Below are positions 12,560 to 25,445 of a DNA stretch of 42,139 nucleotides, piece by piece. Positions within the stretch are counted from its first letter, which is position 1. Each line of letters begins with the position of its first letter. Source of the DNA: Lama guanicoe (Eukaryota); the NCBI GenBank assembly GCA_013239625.1, contig MU053561.1, positions 2,217,818-2,259,956 on the forward strand, read 5' to 3'. The notes beneath the pieces are model-generated. The model was not told the origin of the DNA. It did not search any database and saw nothing but the letters and a program-made list of their open reading frames with translations. The translations under genes and the position numbers were made by a program.

Positions 12560-12830
12560 ATAATAATTTGGAGAAAAAATGAGCAGCAAAAATTTCAGTC
12601 AGTCCAAATGATTTAAATGCAAGTTAAAATACAGTGACATTATTGAAATTTTAATTTGATTTTTGCATGATTTTAAAACTTTGCATGATTACAAAGTTAC
12701 CCTCCCAAAATTTCATCTATTTCTATGTGAAACCAGTGTTTTCTATTAGAACAAAACAGATGCCAAGAATGTTTTAAACACTCACTTTCAACTTCAATTG
12801 TATCAATATTATAAAAAGGACGCTATAGTC
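12560..12830 (+). mobile_element. Possible Charlie (hAT) transposase 3' remnant
   Basis: tctatttctatgtgaaaccagtgttttct resembles a degenerate YLCETGFS hAT dimerisation-domain motif. Confidence 0.3.
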
Positions 12831-13316
12831 AACATCATGAACTATGTCTTCCCTTATCATTGGTAAGACACTGAGCAATAGGAAGCCCTGATTTTAAGTT
12901 ATACTGTGTTCCCTTCTGACTTAGAAAATGATCAACAGGTCATGTACAAAAAAAAAAGAGAGGGAAAGTACTTTGAATTCATTACAACACTAAATGGAAA
13001 TAAACAAGCAAATCTTGAAGAAACAACAATATTATAATACAGGTGAGGGAGAGAAATCTAGGCTTAGAAATAAGCGGTAGAAGTTGGAATACAGCTAAGG
13101 CAAGTGAACTGTTTCAAAGTAAAGAACATATTTTAAAAATCTGAAAATGTTTTAAAGAAATATGCTTCTGCATATATGCAGAGAAAAACAGTTTAACTCA
13201 TAAAAAGTATGGTGGAGGCAGAGAATTAGAAATTTCTAAGACTTTTTAAAAAGGTCAAAAAAAATCCGATAATCAATTCGCTTAGAGCAGGAATAATCAC
13301 ATAAAAATAGAATTTA

Positions 13317-13433
<117 letters not shown>

Positions 13434-14759
13434 TCATAAATTATAAAATTATTGTTGTCAAAATACTTCCTGATCTCTCACAGGATGCATACCGCAATGT
13501 ACTGGATACATCAAAGTACAAGGGAAAAAAAAAAAGAAATTTCTTTTGGTACCATGGAGCATACAGCAATCAGAGAAAATGGTTGTAAAAGTGAATGGAT
13601 ACTGAAGAAAGCTACCCAATGTTTAATGGCCTGAAACTACAATTAACTGAAAGGGAAGAACATAGTTTGGGTGTTGATATTATCTACATTTTCAGCTGGC
13701 AAAAAATCTGAGAGAAAACAGTAGGCTATGAAATTTCTATCCAGGGTATACAAACTTAGAACAAGTATTAAAACAAAAGAAAGAGACGCAATACAATTTA
13801 GATAAATACCCTTGTATTACTATAAACATGTTTCTGTCTCAACATTTCCCACTAAAGTTCAACCACATTTATTAAAAGAAAAGAAAATGTTTATGTTCAC
13901 ATTTCCAAGTTTTTTTTTTTTTTGTGAGTTACAAATGCTTAACCCCTTAGTCACAATTGCTGCTTTTTTTTTTTTTTGGTACTCAAAATAAAAAATTACC
14001 TAAATATCAGTAGTTCCCAAACTTTTAAACCCATGCTAATACCAAGACATATGCAGTAAAATTTCCAATATTCTTAGCATATACCAACCAATAGATTTTT
14101 CAAATAAGTAGTTGAAAGTGTGGAACAGATCAAAGTTCTAAGTTGACATTATCTTAACCAAAGCACACCAAATTTATTGAGGGTATAAATTCAGAGAGGA
14201 ATATGTGTACGTAGAAAAAGCAATACGACTTTAAGATGCTTTGTGCAAGGTTCCTTAAATAAGGAAAAACTACTTAGCAGAACTTTCAATTAGATATTCT
14301 CATACATCAACAATTTACTATTTCCTTGAATACCTACTTCAACACAAAAATACCAGTGAAAAATGTAACAGTTTACGGTAAAGGTTTTAATAATTTTCTC
14401 ATATTCATCCTATTAATTCAAAAAAGCAAAGATAAAATTTAGTTCTCTCTGCATATTAACATTTGTATGTTAGCAAAGAGAAATTACATTATATAGTAAA
14501 TAGTACTGCTTCTTTATGGGGACAAAGGGACCAAGTTCTTATCTAAAAACTAATATTAATGTTACATATTTGTTAATCATATATTTTTGTATCAGATCTT
14601 TTATATATAAAACTAATATTCAAAATGGTAAAATGACTTACAAACTTTTTCTAAATAGAAAGCATTCTCATTTTATTGCCAGCAGTAATCAGCGACATAT
14701 TTTCTAACTTTCAACTACCTATGTCAGTTAACATATAGAGTAACCAATTATAGTACTCA

Positions 14760-15440
14760 GCCCCAAAAGAAAACACCACCCTAATGCCACTAAGAAAAAT
14801 GTAAGTGTCTTTTCCAGTACTAACCTCTGACCACTCAGTTCCTTCTACAATGCAAACAGCTATCAGTTTCTTAAATATCTAGTAAATATTTTGTGCTAAA
14901 TCAGTTCCACGGTACACATGGTTCCTAGCCATGTCACATCAAATCCTCATTTCCCATTTCTCAGAAGTAGAAATTCTATTACAGTTTGCACACACATAGT
15001 CTTTGCCTCCATCTCTCTTGCAAACACAGAATATGATATACACTCTTCTGAACTTGCTTCTTTCACTTACTGTACTTTGGAGATCTTTCCAAATCATTCC
15101 ACAAAGGTCTACCACCTCCTTCTGTTTAGTGGCTGCAGAATTCTCCCTTCTACAGATAATACTGTAATTTATTTAGTCAGTCTCCTAGTGATAGACATTT
15201 ACTTGCAAACTATGTATACAATAAATTTCAATAGTGGAATTATTGAATCAACGGATATGTTTGTTTGTAATTTTGAGAGTTAATGCCAGTTTGTTCTCCA
15301 CAAGTTTCACAAATTTGTATTTCAACCAGAATTTGTGACCAGTTGTTTCCCTGTATTTTTAACACAAAAGTTATCAAACTTTTAATTGCTGCTAAGCTGA
15401 TAGTTGAAAAAGGATATTCCACCATTTCCTTTATTGTGAA
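14760..15440 (-). mobile_element. L1ME-like 3' fragment
   Basis: aacttgcttctttcacttactgtactttggagatctttcc...tgtaatttatttagtcagtctcctagtgatagacattta. Confidence 0.6.
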
Positions 15441-15919
15441 TGTGGTAGATACTCAACACTCTTTCAAATCTCCTTCCAAGCATACCTTCATACATTGCAG
15501 AGGATGGAAAACTATACGTAACACTTCTTAGACTCCACTCCAGCTAAAAGTGCGAGATATGGCCTTGGCGTTGTTGAACATGCATAAATACGCATACTTG
15601 GAAGGAAGCAAATGATCGGAAGCAGTGGTCTTTCAAGCATAGTGGTGGTGGCGTCTGATTCTTCTGTGCTGACAGAAGTTCTACTGACTGGTCCCTAGCA
15701 TCACAAGAAAACAGCTGGCAACAAAGGGAATGGCGATGGCGCTGGATCAACCCATGAAAGCCACATGGTATGCTCTTCTCCTGGCTACATGTTTCCAAGC
15801 TACATAAAAAAAAAAAATCTGATTTCACGGCCCTCTCAAAGATTCTGTTAGCTAGTCTGTACCTTCTAATAAATCACTAGGTAAAACTGTTTTCTGCAAC
15901 TAGGACTCTTGACTAGTAA
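15441..15919 (+). mobile_element. ERVL-class solo LTR, family not resolved
   Basis: Starts tgtggtag; gcagaggatggaaaacta...agactcc...cagcta motif; aataaa near 15868; ends ttctgcaactaggactcttgacta. Confidence 0.6.
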
Positions 15920-16384
15920 GATGATGACTGAATTGTTTACATGTTTAAGAACTTCAACATCATTTAAATGAAAATTTCCAAAACATTTCATTTCTTCACA
16001 GAATAAAACTTCTATGTACTCACTGTCCATTATGTAAAACTTCCCAGTTATTTTTACCAGAATAAATTATAAATAATGGAACTACGCTAAAACTGGTCCT
16101 ACGTTTAGAAGAATTACCTAGGTCTGTAAGAACTGGAAGAAATGGGATAAAACAGAATGTGGCAAGATTATGAAGAGCTTTAAAACTTAAGCAGTGAAAG
16201 TTAGGGTAACACAACAGATTAACAGAACCACTGTAGATTCTTGAGGAGGAAAGTTATATTAGAATTCATGTACGCTTTTAGTTGTTTTTGTTATTGGAAT
16301 ATTTAAATTACTAAAGTAATCATCTTGCAGTCAGTTTTTAACCTGTCAGAGTTGGAACGTAAAACAGAAGTCAAGAGTTTATAA

Positions 16385-16957
16385 TACTCAAATGACTCCT
16401 CACCTCATTCAGGGTAAAAGCCACAGTTCTTTAAAAGGCTATAAATCTTTTTATGAATGTATTACTTCTATGGCCTCACTCCCTCTTTTCTTTCCCCTTC
16501 AGTAACCTTCTTCAGCCCCACCAACCTCTTTTGTTTTGTCTGAGAATGCCACTTACTCTTTTTCTCCACCAATTTCAACAAACTTTCATTTGCTATTCCT
16601 TTCAAATAAATACTCTCATAAACAAAATCCTCAAGCCTCTCTCTCATCTCCTGCAGGTCTTTATACAAATGTTATCTTCGCAAGCACTTCTTGATCATCC
16701 TACTTGAAAAGAGAAAACCCCTTACCCACTTCCGTGCTTTAGTTTTCTCCCTGGCACTTATCACTAACATGTGTACGCATATGTATGTATGCACACATTC
16801 TCTCTCACATATCCACCTTTATTGCCTTTTACCCTCACAGCAGAATGTCAGTCATGGTTGAGCAAGAATTTTTTTCTTGTATTCACTGTTATATTCTTAG
16901 CACTTAAAAGAGTTCCTAGGGAACACAAGGTGCTCGAAAAGTGCTGAATGAATTAAT
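16385..16957 (+). mobile_element. L2 LINE 3' region
   Basis: ttcactgttatattcttagcacttaaaagagttcctagggaacacaaggtgctcgaaaagtgctgaatgaat is an L2 3' terminus. Confidence 0.8.
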
Positions 16958-17104
16958 TTAAGAAGCCAAAAGGTATGCAGATTTATAATAAACCAGTAAA
17001 TTACCTTCTCTTCCAAGCCAACCTCATGTCCCTGAGATATCTGATGTTAATATACAAGGGATGGAAGGACTTTTTATGATATTCTACAAAAATGTTGGGA
17101 TGAT

Positions 17105-17310
17105 GATGATGATAACGGCAAACATATATTAACCCACTTAATCCTCACAACAACCCAATGAGTTAGGTATTACTGTTCCTCCCCCTTTCAGAGTTGAACT
17201 GAGGTATAAAACAGAAGTTAACTAGCCCAAGGTAATACAGCTAGTAACTGATAAGCTTGAATCTAAACCCAGGCAAACCAGCTCCAGAGTTCATGTTCTT
17301 GCTTGACTAT
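17105..17310 (-). mobile_element. MIR SINE
   Basis: ttaatcctcacaacaacccaatgagttaggtattact...actgagg...gttaactagcccaaggtaatacagctagtaa...aacccaggca. Confidence 0.85.
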
Positions 17311-17921
17311 TTCACCATGTTAGTAGATGTAAATACAAACACAGACGTAAATATTCTATACCTTCATTATTTAATCTTAGAGTCAATAATTCCTTAAAAC
17401 ATTTTACTAATATATTGCATAATTTTGCTCTCCTTGATCATTTGGCTAATATAAAATTCTATGTTGGCAGTTATTTTCTCAGCAGTATAAAGATATTCCA
17501 ATGTTTTCTGGCATCTACTGCTGCTGAGAACTCTGCTGTTAGCTGCCATTCTTCTGTAAGCAATCAGCCCTTTTTGGGAGGTAGCTTTTAATACTTCCTC
17601 CTCATTCCTGATATTTTTCTCAAATATTGATTCTCTATCATTTATTTCATTAAACTTATCTAAGACTCCTACTGAACATTCATTGAAACTTCACAGCTAT
17701 TTTATTTCTCAACTCTTTTTCTTACTTTCTCTCTTTGGCTCTCTACACTGTATTCTAGATGACTGTAGATTTTTTTGTAGACTATCACCGTCACCATGAA
17801 CAGGGGCATCCTTAAAGGCTGGACAGATGTTCCTTAGGACCAAGTGAAGGTTACCACAAAACTGATGGTTAACATAGAGGTAAAAACACACCGCCTACTC
17901 AAAATGAGTCTGAAAACAGTA

Positions 17922-18388
17922 TTTCACAACTCATGATGAAATCTAAGATTTTATTCTACTTGATAGCAAGTTAGGCTGTCAGAGCTTTATGAACACTGGC
18001 AGAAGACACAAGACTACTGTGCCAGAGATAAAAGACTACATTATTCATAGTAAAGGGACAGCTAAAGCTTTCAAGTTTATTTAGTCGTTTATTTATTAGT
18101 CATACACAGCCCATCCTCACCCCAACCTAAATCTCAAAGAGATGACCCAAAGGGTCCATGATGGATTCCTGCACACACAGAGCATTGCGTTACAGGAGAA
18201 AACAGCTCAGAGAATCTCTTTTGTATTAAATGAAAGCAAGTCTGTTTGTCCACGGTAAGACATTAACTCACTCCTCTAAGTATAACCTTGATGACCTGAG
18301 TAGAGAGCTGTCAGGAGCTTATATTCTTGGTATCCCAGCAAAAATGTACAGAGATGCTAAGGCCCCATAGTGGGCTGCTTTCCTTAAC
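17922..18388 (-). mobile_element. ERVL solo LTR (LTR40-like)
   Basis: ggcagaagacacaagactactgtgccagagataaaagac and attcttggtatcccagcaaaaatgtacagagatgctaaggccccat resemble reversed LTR40 as recalled. Confidence 0.6.
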
Positions 18389-18389
18389 T

Positions 18390-18771
18390 TTCCACATCAG
18401 CAGCAACAGAAGTGCCTTTCTGGAGCAGCTGAATCCACTTTGCAGTTTTTCCAGCACTTGCAGAATCAGCCTCATTGCCCTCAACCCCTCACTCAAAAAG
18501 ACACCTGCCAGCACACTTTTACCAGAGGTCTGAGTTTCCGCTTTGTACAGCCCTTCCTCTTATTTAGTTTCTAAGTTTCAGTAACTAAAACCCCTTCCCC
18601 ATATTCCCTCAGCTCTGGCTGCTTCCTATAGGAGCAACCTCCATGACACCTTATTCTTTTTAATCTAGCGCTTTCCTAGTTAACTTTATACCTAGTTAAT
18701 AACTCTATATGAAATTCTCTCATTCAAATAACTGACCTGGTTCCTGTCTCTTTATTGGATCCTGACTGATA
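18390..18771 (+). mobile_element. ERVL LTR 3' portion (LTR41-like)
   Basis: Ends aaattctctcattcaaataactgacctggttcctgtctctttattggatcctgactgata, similar to the end of the LTR at 34943-35535. Confidence 0.55.
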
Positions 18772-18934
18772 AATAATCCATATTTTGTTATTACCTATTA
18801 TTAAATATTTGCTTATTTAAAACAGGAATCCTTCCACTCTATTTCACCTGGCTTCTGAACCAATCATTTTACTGGAAGGGATCTTATCTTGTTAAGGATT
18901 AGCTACACATTTGAGCAAAAAGCATTTTAAGACA

Positions 18935-19600
18935 TTATTGACCAGTTCCTCCTTAAAATGCTTTCTCACCTGGTATTCAATAATACTACAACCTCCCTGC
19001 CTCTTTCATCGACTCATCCGCCTCGTATTTGACCTCTAATGTTGTGCTTCTTGAGGCTTGATTCTAGGTGCCCTCCTCTTCCTATCTAAATTGTTTCCCT
19101 AAGCAAGTTCACATGTGCCTGTTTTCAGCTATCAGCACAGCAACTGACTCTCAAATTTATAATTCCCATCAAGACTTCTCCAGTAAGTACCAGATCCTTT
19201 ACATCTGTCTGCTACCTATTTCCCCTTAAATATAGCAAAATCCTCTCAAACTCAAAACACTTAAACTGATGATCTTCCTCTTCCAATCCAGATTTCTGAA
19301 AGTTGTTGATATCTAATACCACCATCAGTCCAATACCATAGCCAAAAAATTGGAGGCAGGACCAACTCCTCCTTCTGCCCTGTTTCCCCCTCCAAAATAT
19401 CAGCTAATCCTTCTGAATTTATCTTCCTTGAAATCAGTTATATATCTCATTTCTACAACCTATTTTAGTTCAAACTCCTATTATTTCTTGTCCCAAGTAC
19501 TGCAATGGCTAACTGATTGGATGAATGGAACACATATGCCCATACACAACCCACCCCCCACTCAAGCTGTAACTAACAGTCTATAATTTGCTTTTGTAAC
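18935..19600 (+). mobile_element. L2 LINE internal fragment
   Basis: ttgaccagttcctccttaaaatgctttc...ctgactctcaaatttataattccc...tctcaaactcaa. Confidence 0.65.
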
Positions 19601-20277
19601 TAAATATATTAAACATGTTTCCTCCTTGAATATATCAAACTTATGTTCAAGTTATATAGTATTCTACAGTAGCAGATGTATCAATTTATTCAACCATTCT
19701 CTCTAGATGAATATTCAGGTCTTTGCAAACACTGATTACTATAAACACAACTGCAATGAAAAATCCTTCTGAATATACCTTATGTATCCATGTTGTTACT
19801 TTTAAATAGTTTCCTAGAAATGGGTTACTGGGTCAGAGATTTTTAAATTTTAAGTGTTTACTCCACACACATCAAATTATTTTCCAAAAAGGTTGTTTAT
19901 ATTTTCTCATTTATATTCTCTCCAACACCGTATTACACATTTGTTAAAATTTAAATAAATTTAATTACACATTATACATTTAAAGTGGGAGCACTTTACT
20001 GTATGTAAATTAACTTCAACAGAGTTGCTTAAAATAAATAAAGTAATCTTTGAGCCTTTAAGTTTTTTACCTAGCAGATAATGTGGAGGGGTAAGAGTCT
20101 ATTTCAGGCAGAAAATGAAGATACAGCTCTAAAAACATATAGGGAAATAAAAAAAATGTGGTCTAAATACACAGTTTCATGCATGTAGAATTTGGGGCCT
20201 CTCCTATATGACTCCTTCCTGTCCTGGATTTTACCTTAAATTTCTAGCACCTGTGGTAGCTTTAAACTTTTGTTCCT

Positions 20278-20294
20278 AAAAAAAACAAAAACAA
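20278..20294 (+). mobile_element. Poly(A)-only retro-insertion with 14-bp TSD
   Basis: aaacttttgttcct (20264-20277) + aaaaaaaacaaaaacaa + aaacttttgttcct (20295-20308), preceded by ttt. Confidence 0.7.
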
Positions 20295-20325
20295 AAACTT
20301 TTGTTCCTGACATGATTTTAAACCA

Positions 20326-20813
20326 GATTGTTTTTTCAACTTTCTTTTTCTGATATTTCATTGTTAGTGTAAAGAAATGAAACAGACTTCTGCATATCAA
20401 TCTTGTATCCTTCTACCTTACTGAATTTGTTGTCAGTTCTAATAGTTCCTGTGTGGAGTCTTTACGGTCTTCTATAGAGCACCATGTCATCTGCATATAA
20501 TGACAATTTTACCTCTTCCCTTCCAATTTGAATACCTTTAATTTCTTTTTTGTGTCTGACTTCTGTGGCTAGGACTTCTAATACCATGTTGAATAGAAGT
20601 GGTGAGAGTGGGCATCCTTGTCTTGTTCTGGAATTTAGTAGGAAGGTTTTCAGCTTTTCACCATTATTAGGTTGGCTGTGGGTTTGTCATAAATGGCTTT
20701 TATTATGTTGAGTTATGTTCCCTCTGTACCCACTTTGGTTAAAGCTTTTATCATGAGTGGATGTTGAATTTTATCAAATGCTTTTGCTGCATCTACTGAG
20801 ATGATTATGTGGT
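20326..20813 (-). mobile_element. Isolated L1 ORF2 RT-domain fragment, relatively young
   Basis: Reverse strand reads [22 protein letters not shown]...[21 protein letters not shown]...LYADDM (YADD motif). Confidence 0.92.
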
Positions 20814-21040
20814 AAACTGTCTTCTGATCAAACCAGTAATAACCATAATTAAACTATGAAATGGCATTAGTATTGTGACTTTAAACATGTATGAATGTAT
20901 ACAAATGTGTAGATGAACTCACACATTTAAGATTAGATGTTGGAGAGTATATTTAAAATGCTATCTGGGTCAGCAAAGCTTAGTGGAATGTTTTGCCCAA
21001 TTATCAACCCATCTATAGAAAATGCAAAGGTGGAATTTTC

Positions 21041-21217
21041 TTTCTTTTTTTTTTTTATAATTCCAGTTCTTCTTCTTCTTCTTTTTTTTTTTTTAATGAA
21101 GGGGAGGTAATTGAGTTTGTTCACTTACTTTTATTTTGGAGGAGGTACTGGGGATTGAACCCAGGACCTCATGAGTGCTAAGCATATGCTCTACCACTGA
21201 GCTATATTTGCCCCTCT
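21041..21217 (-). mobile_element. tRNA-Ala-derived camelid SINE (vic-1 type)
   Basis: Reverse strand ggggcaaatatagctcagtggtagagcatatgcttagcactcatgaggtcctgggttcaatccccagtacctcc with A and B boxes, A-rich tail; 22-bp TSD at 21019-21040 and 21220-21241. Confidence 0.88.
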
Positions 21218-22294
21218 AAAAAATGCAAAGGCGGAATTTTCAATTGAAATTGCAGTAACTTCTGGAGCAAAAATAAAATGAGAATTAGTACAATAAGGAC
21301 AATAATGGCTAATATTTAAGCCAGAAAAAAAGTAACACTCTAAAATTGCTCTTTTTTTATTCAGAACTTTAGAGCAAAAAGGAGACACTATTTGTCTTAG
21401 AAAATATCCCTGTACTCATTCAGAAAGGATTTTACCTGTAGGCAACAGAGTACACATTTGTGTTTAAGTAAAGAAAAATTTTATTATTATTGTTTCTTTT
21501 GTTTTTATATTCTGTGAAACATGTATTAAACCCCACATAACCACTTCTCTACTTTATCTGACAGATTTCAGATGGAGTTATCCACATAAATTACATTATT
21601 ATGTTACTCAGGAAGGGATGTCAGTTTGATAACCATTAAAAAAATAAGAAGAGACAATCCTGTAAAAGAAATATCATATATTTCAGGCTTACAACAAGTA
21701 AACATAATAAATCATCAAGATATTTTAACTTGCAAATATTTAATATAAATATCCCTGTTCTTAAGAAAATGATAAAGCTTCACATTTATAATATTAATAA
21801 ATCACAAGACAGAGGAACACTTTGTTAGGATGGCATATAACCCTCATTTGGTTCCCTATACCAGAAAATAGAATGCATATAATACGTTCTTTATTTTAGC
21901 TACACAATACCTAAATATAACAAAGGCACTTTGCCATCTAAATTATAGTTAATTTTCTGCCATACGTGAGACATACAAATTTATTGTCTATCCAATATTA
22001 GGACAATTTTATATTCAATGTTTTATTTTTGCCAGATCTCAGGGATTTATTTTTGGTTTCCCAGAACAGACACAGATCCAAGCTTTCAGTGTAAAATGAT
22101 CAAGTAGAAAAGTAAAATGGTCAATGAAATCTGATTATATGATAAAGTCAGAAAAGGAAAACTGCTGTCTGTACTTTTTAGTAGACTCTATCCTAAGAAA
22201 TTACCTTATGGTATCAATTTCCCAATAAGTAAAGGAATTTCCCACCTGTTAGAAACACAGTATATTTACCACACAGGATAAAGTCAAAGGAGGA

Positions 22295-22510
22295 GGGTAA
22301 GTGTAGTAGTACCTAGTGAATACGGTAATACACTAGGCATCTTCACATAATTAATCCCCACACAACTCCCAGGTGAACTCTCTCACACTTTTATAGGTGT
22401 GGAAACCTAAGTTACAGAAGGTAACCAGCTTGCCGAATATTATTATAAAAAGGAGGCAGACAAGGGGTTTAAACCTCTAACTCCAACGTACTTGGGCTTC
22501 CTTCCACTTT
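22295..22510 (-). mobile_element. MIR SINE remnant
   Basis: ttaatccccacacaactcccagg...cacttttataggtgtggaaacctaagttacagaaggtaaccagcttgccg. Confidence 0.65.
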
Positions 22511-23867
22511 AAAATGTTTCTTTTTGAAATCTGAGGAACTAAAAATGAAAATGCTGGTAACACTGTACGCTTTTTCAGCATTTTAGTGTTCTCCTATGAC
22601 AACAGCAACCAAAATTTCAATATTTTGCTTCAACCTTCAGATAAGGAGCTAAATCAAACAGCAGAGGCTAATGTTTCACTTTCATAAGCTGTTCATAATT
22701 AATTTTGAGATCATATGCATTTTGATATGAAAATTAGTGAACTACACACAAAATTTAGTACTCCCTATACACAGACAAGCATGAAAGTAAGAAAAAAATG
22801 CTGTATTTCAAAGGCTTCTTATAATATCAACCCAGTAGAAGAAAAATCTGAAATTGAAGACATCGAAATAGTTCTATTTTTCTCTGTCATTTTTTAGTAT
22901 TTCACTCCAGAAGCTCCGAAAGTCAGAGGTCTATGCCCAGAAGTTATGCCTAGGATAGGTGGCAATATCCTAGAGAGAGGGTAGGACCAACAAGTGGAAA
23001 GTGAAACCAGCCAAGTAAATGAGAGTGATGATCAGAGAGGTCCATGTGAGGACGATGCACTAAACAAGGCAGCTGCCTAAGAATAGGAAAAGTGGTTTCA
23101 TACAGCAGGACTAAGCAAATAGGTAAATATATTAGAAATAATAGGAGGCAGGTTTCCATTACAAAAGAAAATGAAAAATATGAAAAGGCAGAAATCTAGA
23201 ATGAACTTTATGGTGTTGGGTAGAAATTAGAGCTATTTACTGGTCTAAACCCATGGCTTTTAATACATATTGATTAAAAAAGAAATGCATATGGACATAA
23301 AGATTAGGAAGCATGCAGTAGCAACTAACAGCCGTTCACGGCTGGGAGAGGAACAGGGTGTAGAGACAGACCCTCTCTGAGGCACAGGCAGACAGAGTAT
23401 GCCTAAAGTGGAGGGTAGAGCAATAGCGTTAAGGAAAACTTGCCTGCAAAGCAGGCCCACTCTAATTATAAGACAGTGTCAGAGGGATGTGAAGCCAGTG
23501 GTACACTGCAGGTAATGTCAGCAATAAAAACCCAAACTTGGTTCTACATACATTTTTCTTTCAAAAATGAAGAAGAAATGAAATAAAGACTTTGACTTTC
23601 AGACTAACAGAAACTGACAGAATTCACTACCAGCAGATCTGCACTACAAAAAAAATGTTAAAGTTCGTCACTTAACTTACTCAAGGAATACATACATACA
23701 AGACAGAAATCTCAACCTACCCAGAGAAAGACCGATGAAAATAAATGAAGACAAAAAGGAATGCTCTTTTCTTTTTTAATAGTTCTAAATAACTGGCCAT
23801 CTAAAACAAAAATCAGCAGCAATATACAATGGGTTTTTAACATTTAAAATTCTTTATAACAATGGAA

Positions 23868-23968
23868 GGAGGAGGATAGCTCAGTGGTAGAGTGTGTACT
23901 TAGCATGCACGAGGTCCTTGGTTCAATCCCCAGCACCTCCATTAAAAAAAAAAAAACTTGAAAAAAAA
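23868..23968 (+). mobile_element. tRNA-Ala-derived camelid SINE (vic-1 type, short form)
   Basis: ggaggaggatagctcagtggtagagtgtgtacttagcatgcacgaggtccttggttcaatccccagcacctcc plus A tail; flanking direct repeat tttataacaa. Confidence 0.88.
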
Positions 23969-24149
23969 TTTATAACAACAAAGGAGCAAGCAACAAAGAA
24001 GCAAGAAAAAAAAAATAAAAGAACTGAGAATATACTCTTATAGGGTTATTAAAATACAAGTGGCACAATATTGCTTGAAAGTAGACCAGGATTAAAGACG
24101 TGCACAGTAAACAAAAGGCAACAAGTGAAAAGCTAAAATTAAGTTTAAG

Positions 24150-25218
24150 GACCTGCCATAAGGTTATCAGCTGATTATTCAGTAGAAACTCTACAGGCCA
24201 GAAGGGAGTGGCATGATGTATTTTAAGTGATGAAAGGGAAAAACCTACAACCAAGAATAATCTACCTAGCAAGGTTCTCATTCAGATTTGATGGAGAAAT
24301 CAAAAGCCTCACAGATAAACAAAAGCTAAAAGAATGCAGTATCACCAAACTAGCTTTACAACAAATGTTAAAGGAACTTCTCTAGTCATCAAACCATAAC
24401 AAAAGAGAATAAAATGAAGAAAGAGAGAGAGAGAGAGAAAAGACCTATAAAAGATTGCTTTAGCATTTCATGGTCTTTTTGGGTTCCATATAAATTTTGG
24501 AATTGTTTGTTCTAGTTTTGTGAAAAATGTTGTGAGTACTTTGACAGGTGTTGCACTGGATCTGTAGACTGCTTTGGGTAGTACAGCCATTTTGATAATG
24601 TTTGATTCTTCCATTCCAAGAACACAAGAAATCTTTCCATTTCTTTGTATAATCTTCAATTTCCTTCATCAATGTTTTACAGTTTTCAGAGTATAGGTAA
24701 CCTCCTTAGTTAAGTTTATTTCTAGGTATTTTTGGGTTTTTTGATGCAATGGAAATGTTTATACCAGTTATTCAATTCTGGTTTTTGAAGTGGAAAAAAA
24801 AAAGTGAGTGAAGGGCTGCAAATGGCAAAATATCCTTCTTTCTTATGGGTGAGTTGTACTCCATTACATATATATTCTGCATCTTCTTTATCCATTGATC
24901 TATTGATGTGCAATTATGATGCTTCCATATCTTGGCAATTATAAATAACGTTGCTGTTAATAGCTGGGTGTATGTATATTTCTGAATTAATTCTTATTCT
25001 GTGGTTAGCTTTATTCCTTTGATAACTATGCAAGTTTAAAAAACTAAAGCTCTAAACGTTCTTAGAAACAATGAACAGCACATATATGTAAATTTAAAAA
25101 AAGTGTAGTATATTGTGTTTATGTATTTATATGCAATACATTGTATATGTGCAGTCAAATTGTAACAATTCTACCTAATAAAACTGAAAAAATTAAAAAA
25201 AAAGAAAAAAAGAAGAAA
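24150..25218 (+). mobile_element. 5'-truncated ORF1-only (HAL1-like) chimeric retroelement
   Basis: 15-bp TSD aaaattaagtttaag (24135-24149, 25219-25233); L1 ORF1 C-terminus to TAG at 24383-24385; two antisense ORF2 pieces; AATAAA 25177-25182; A tail. Confidence 0.75.
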
Positions 25219-25445
25219 AAAATTAAGTTTAAGTAGTGAGGCAATCAGAGATAAAAGAGAATCACAAAAAAATACAACAAAATTGAGTAGAAAAAAAGGA
25301 AAAGAGGAATGAGGAACCAGATGGAACAAACAGGAAAAAACTAGGACAAACAGAAAAGAATAGCAACAGTAGATTTTAATAAAACCATATTAACAGTTAC
25401 ACTGAATGTAAGTGGTCTAACACAAATTAAAAAGACTGTCAAAAA

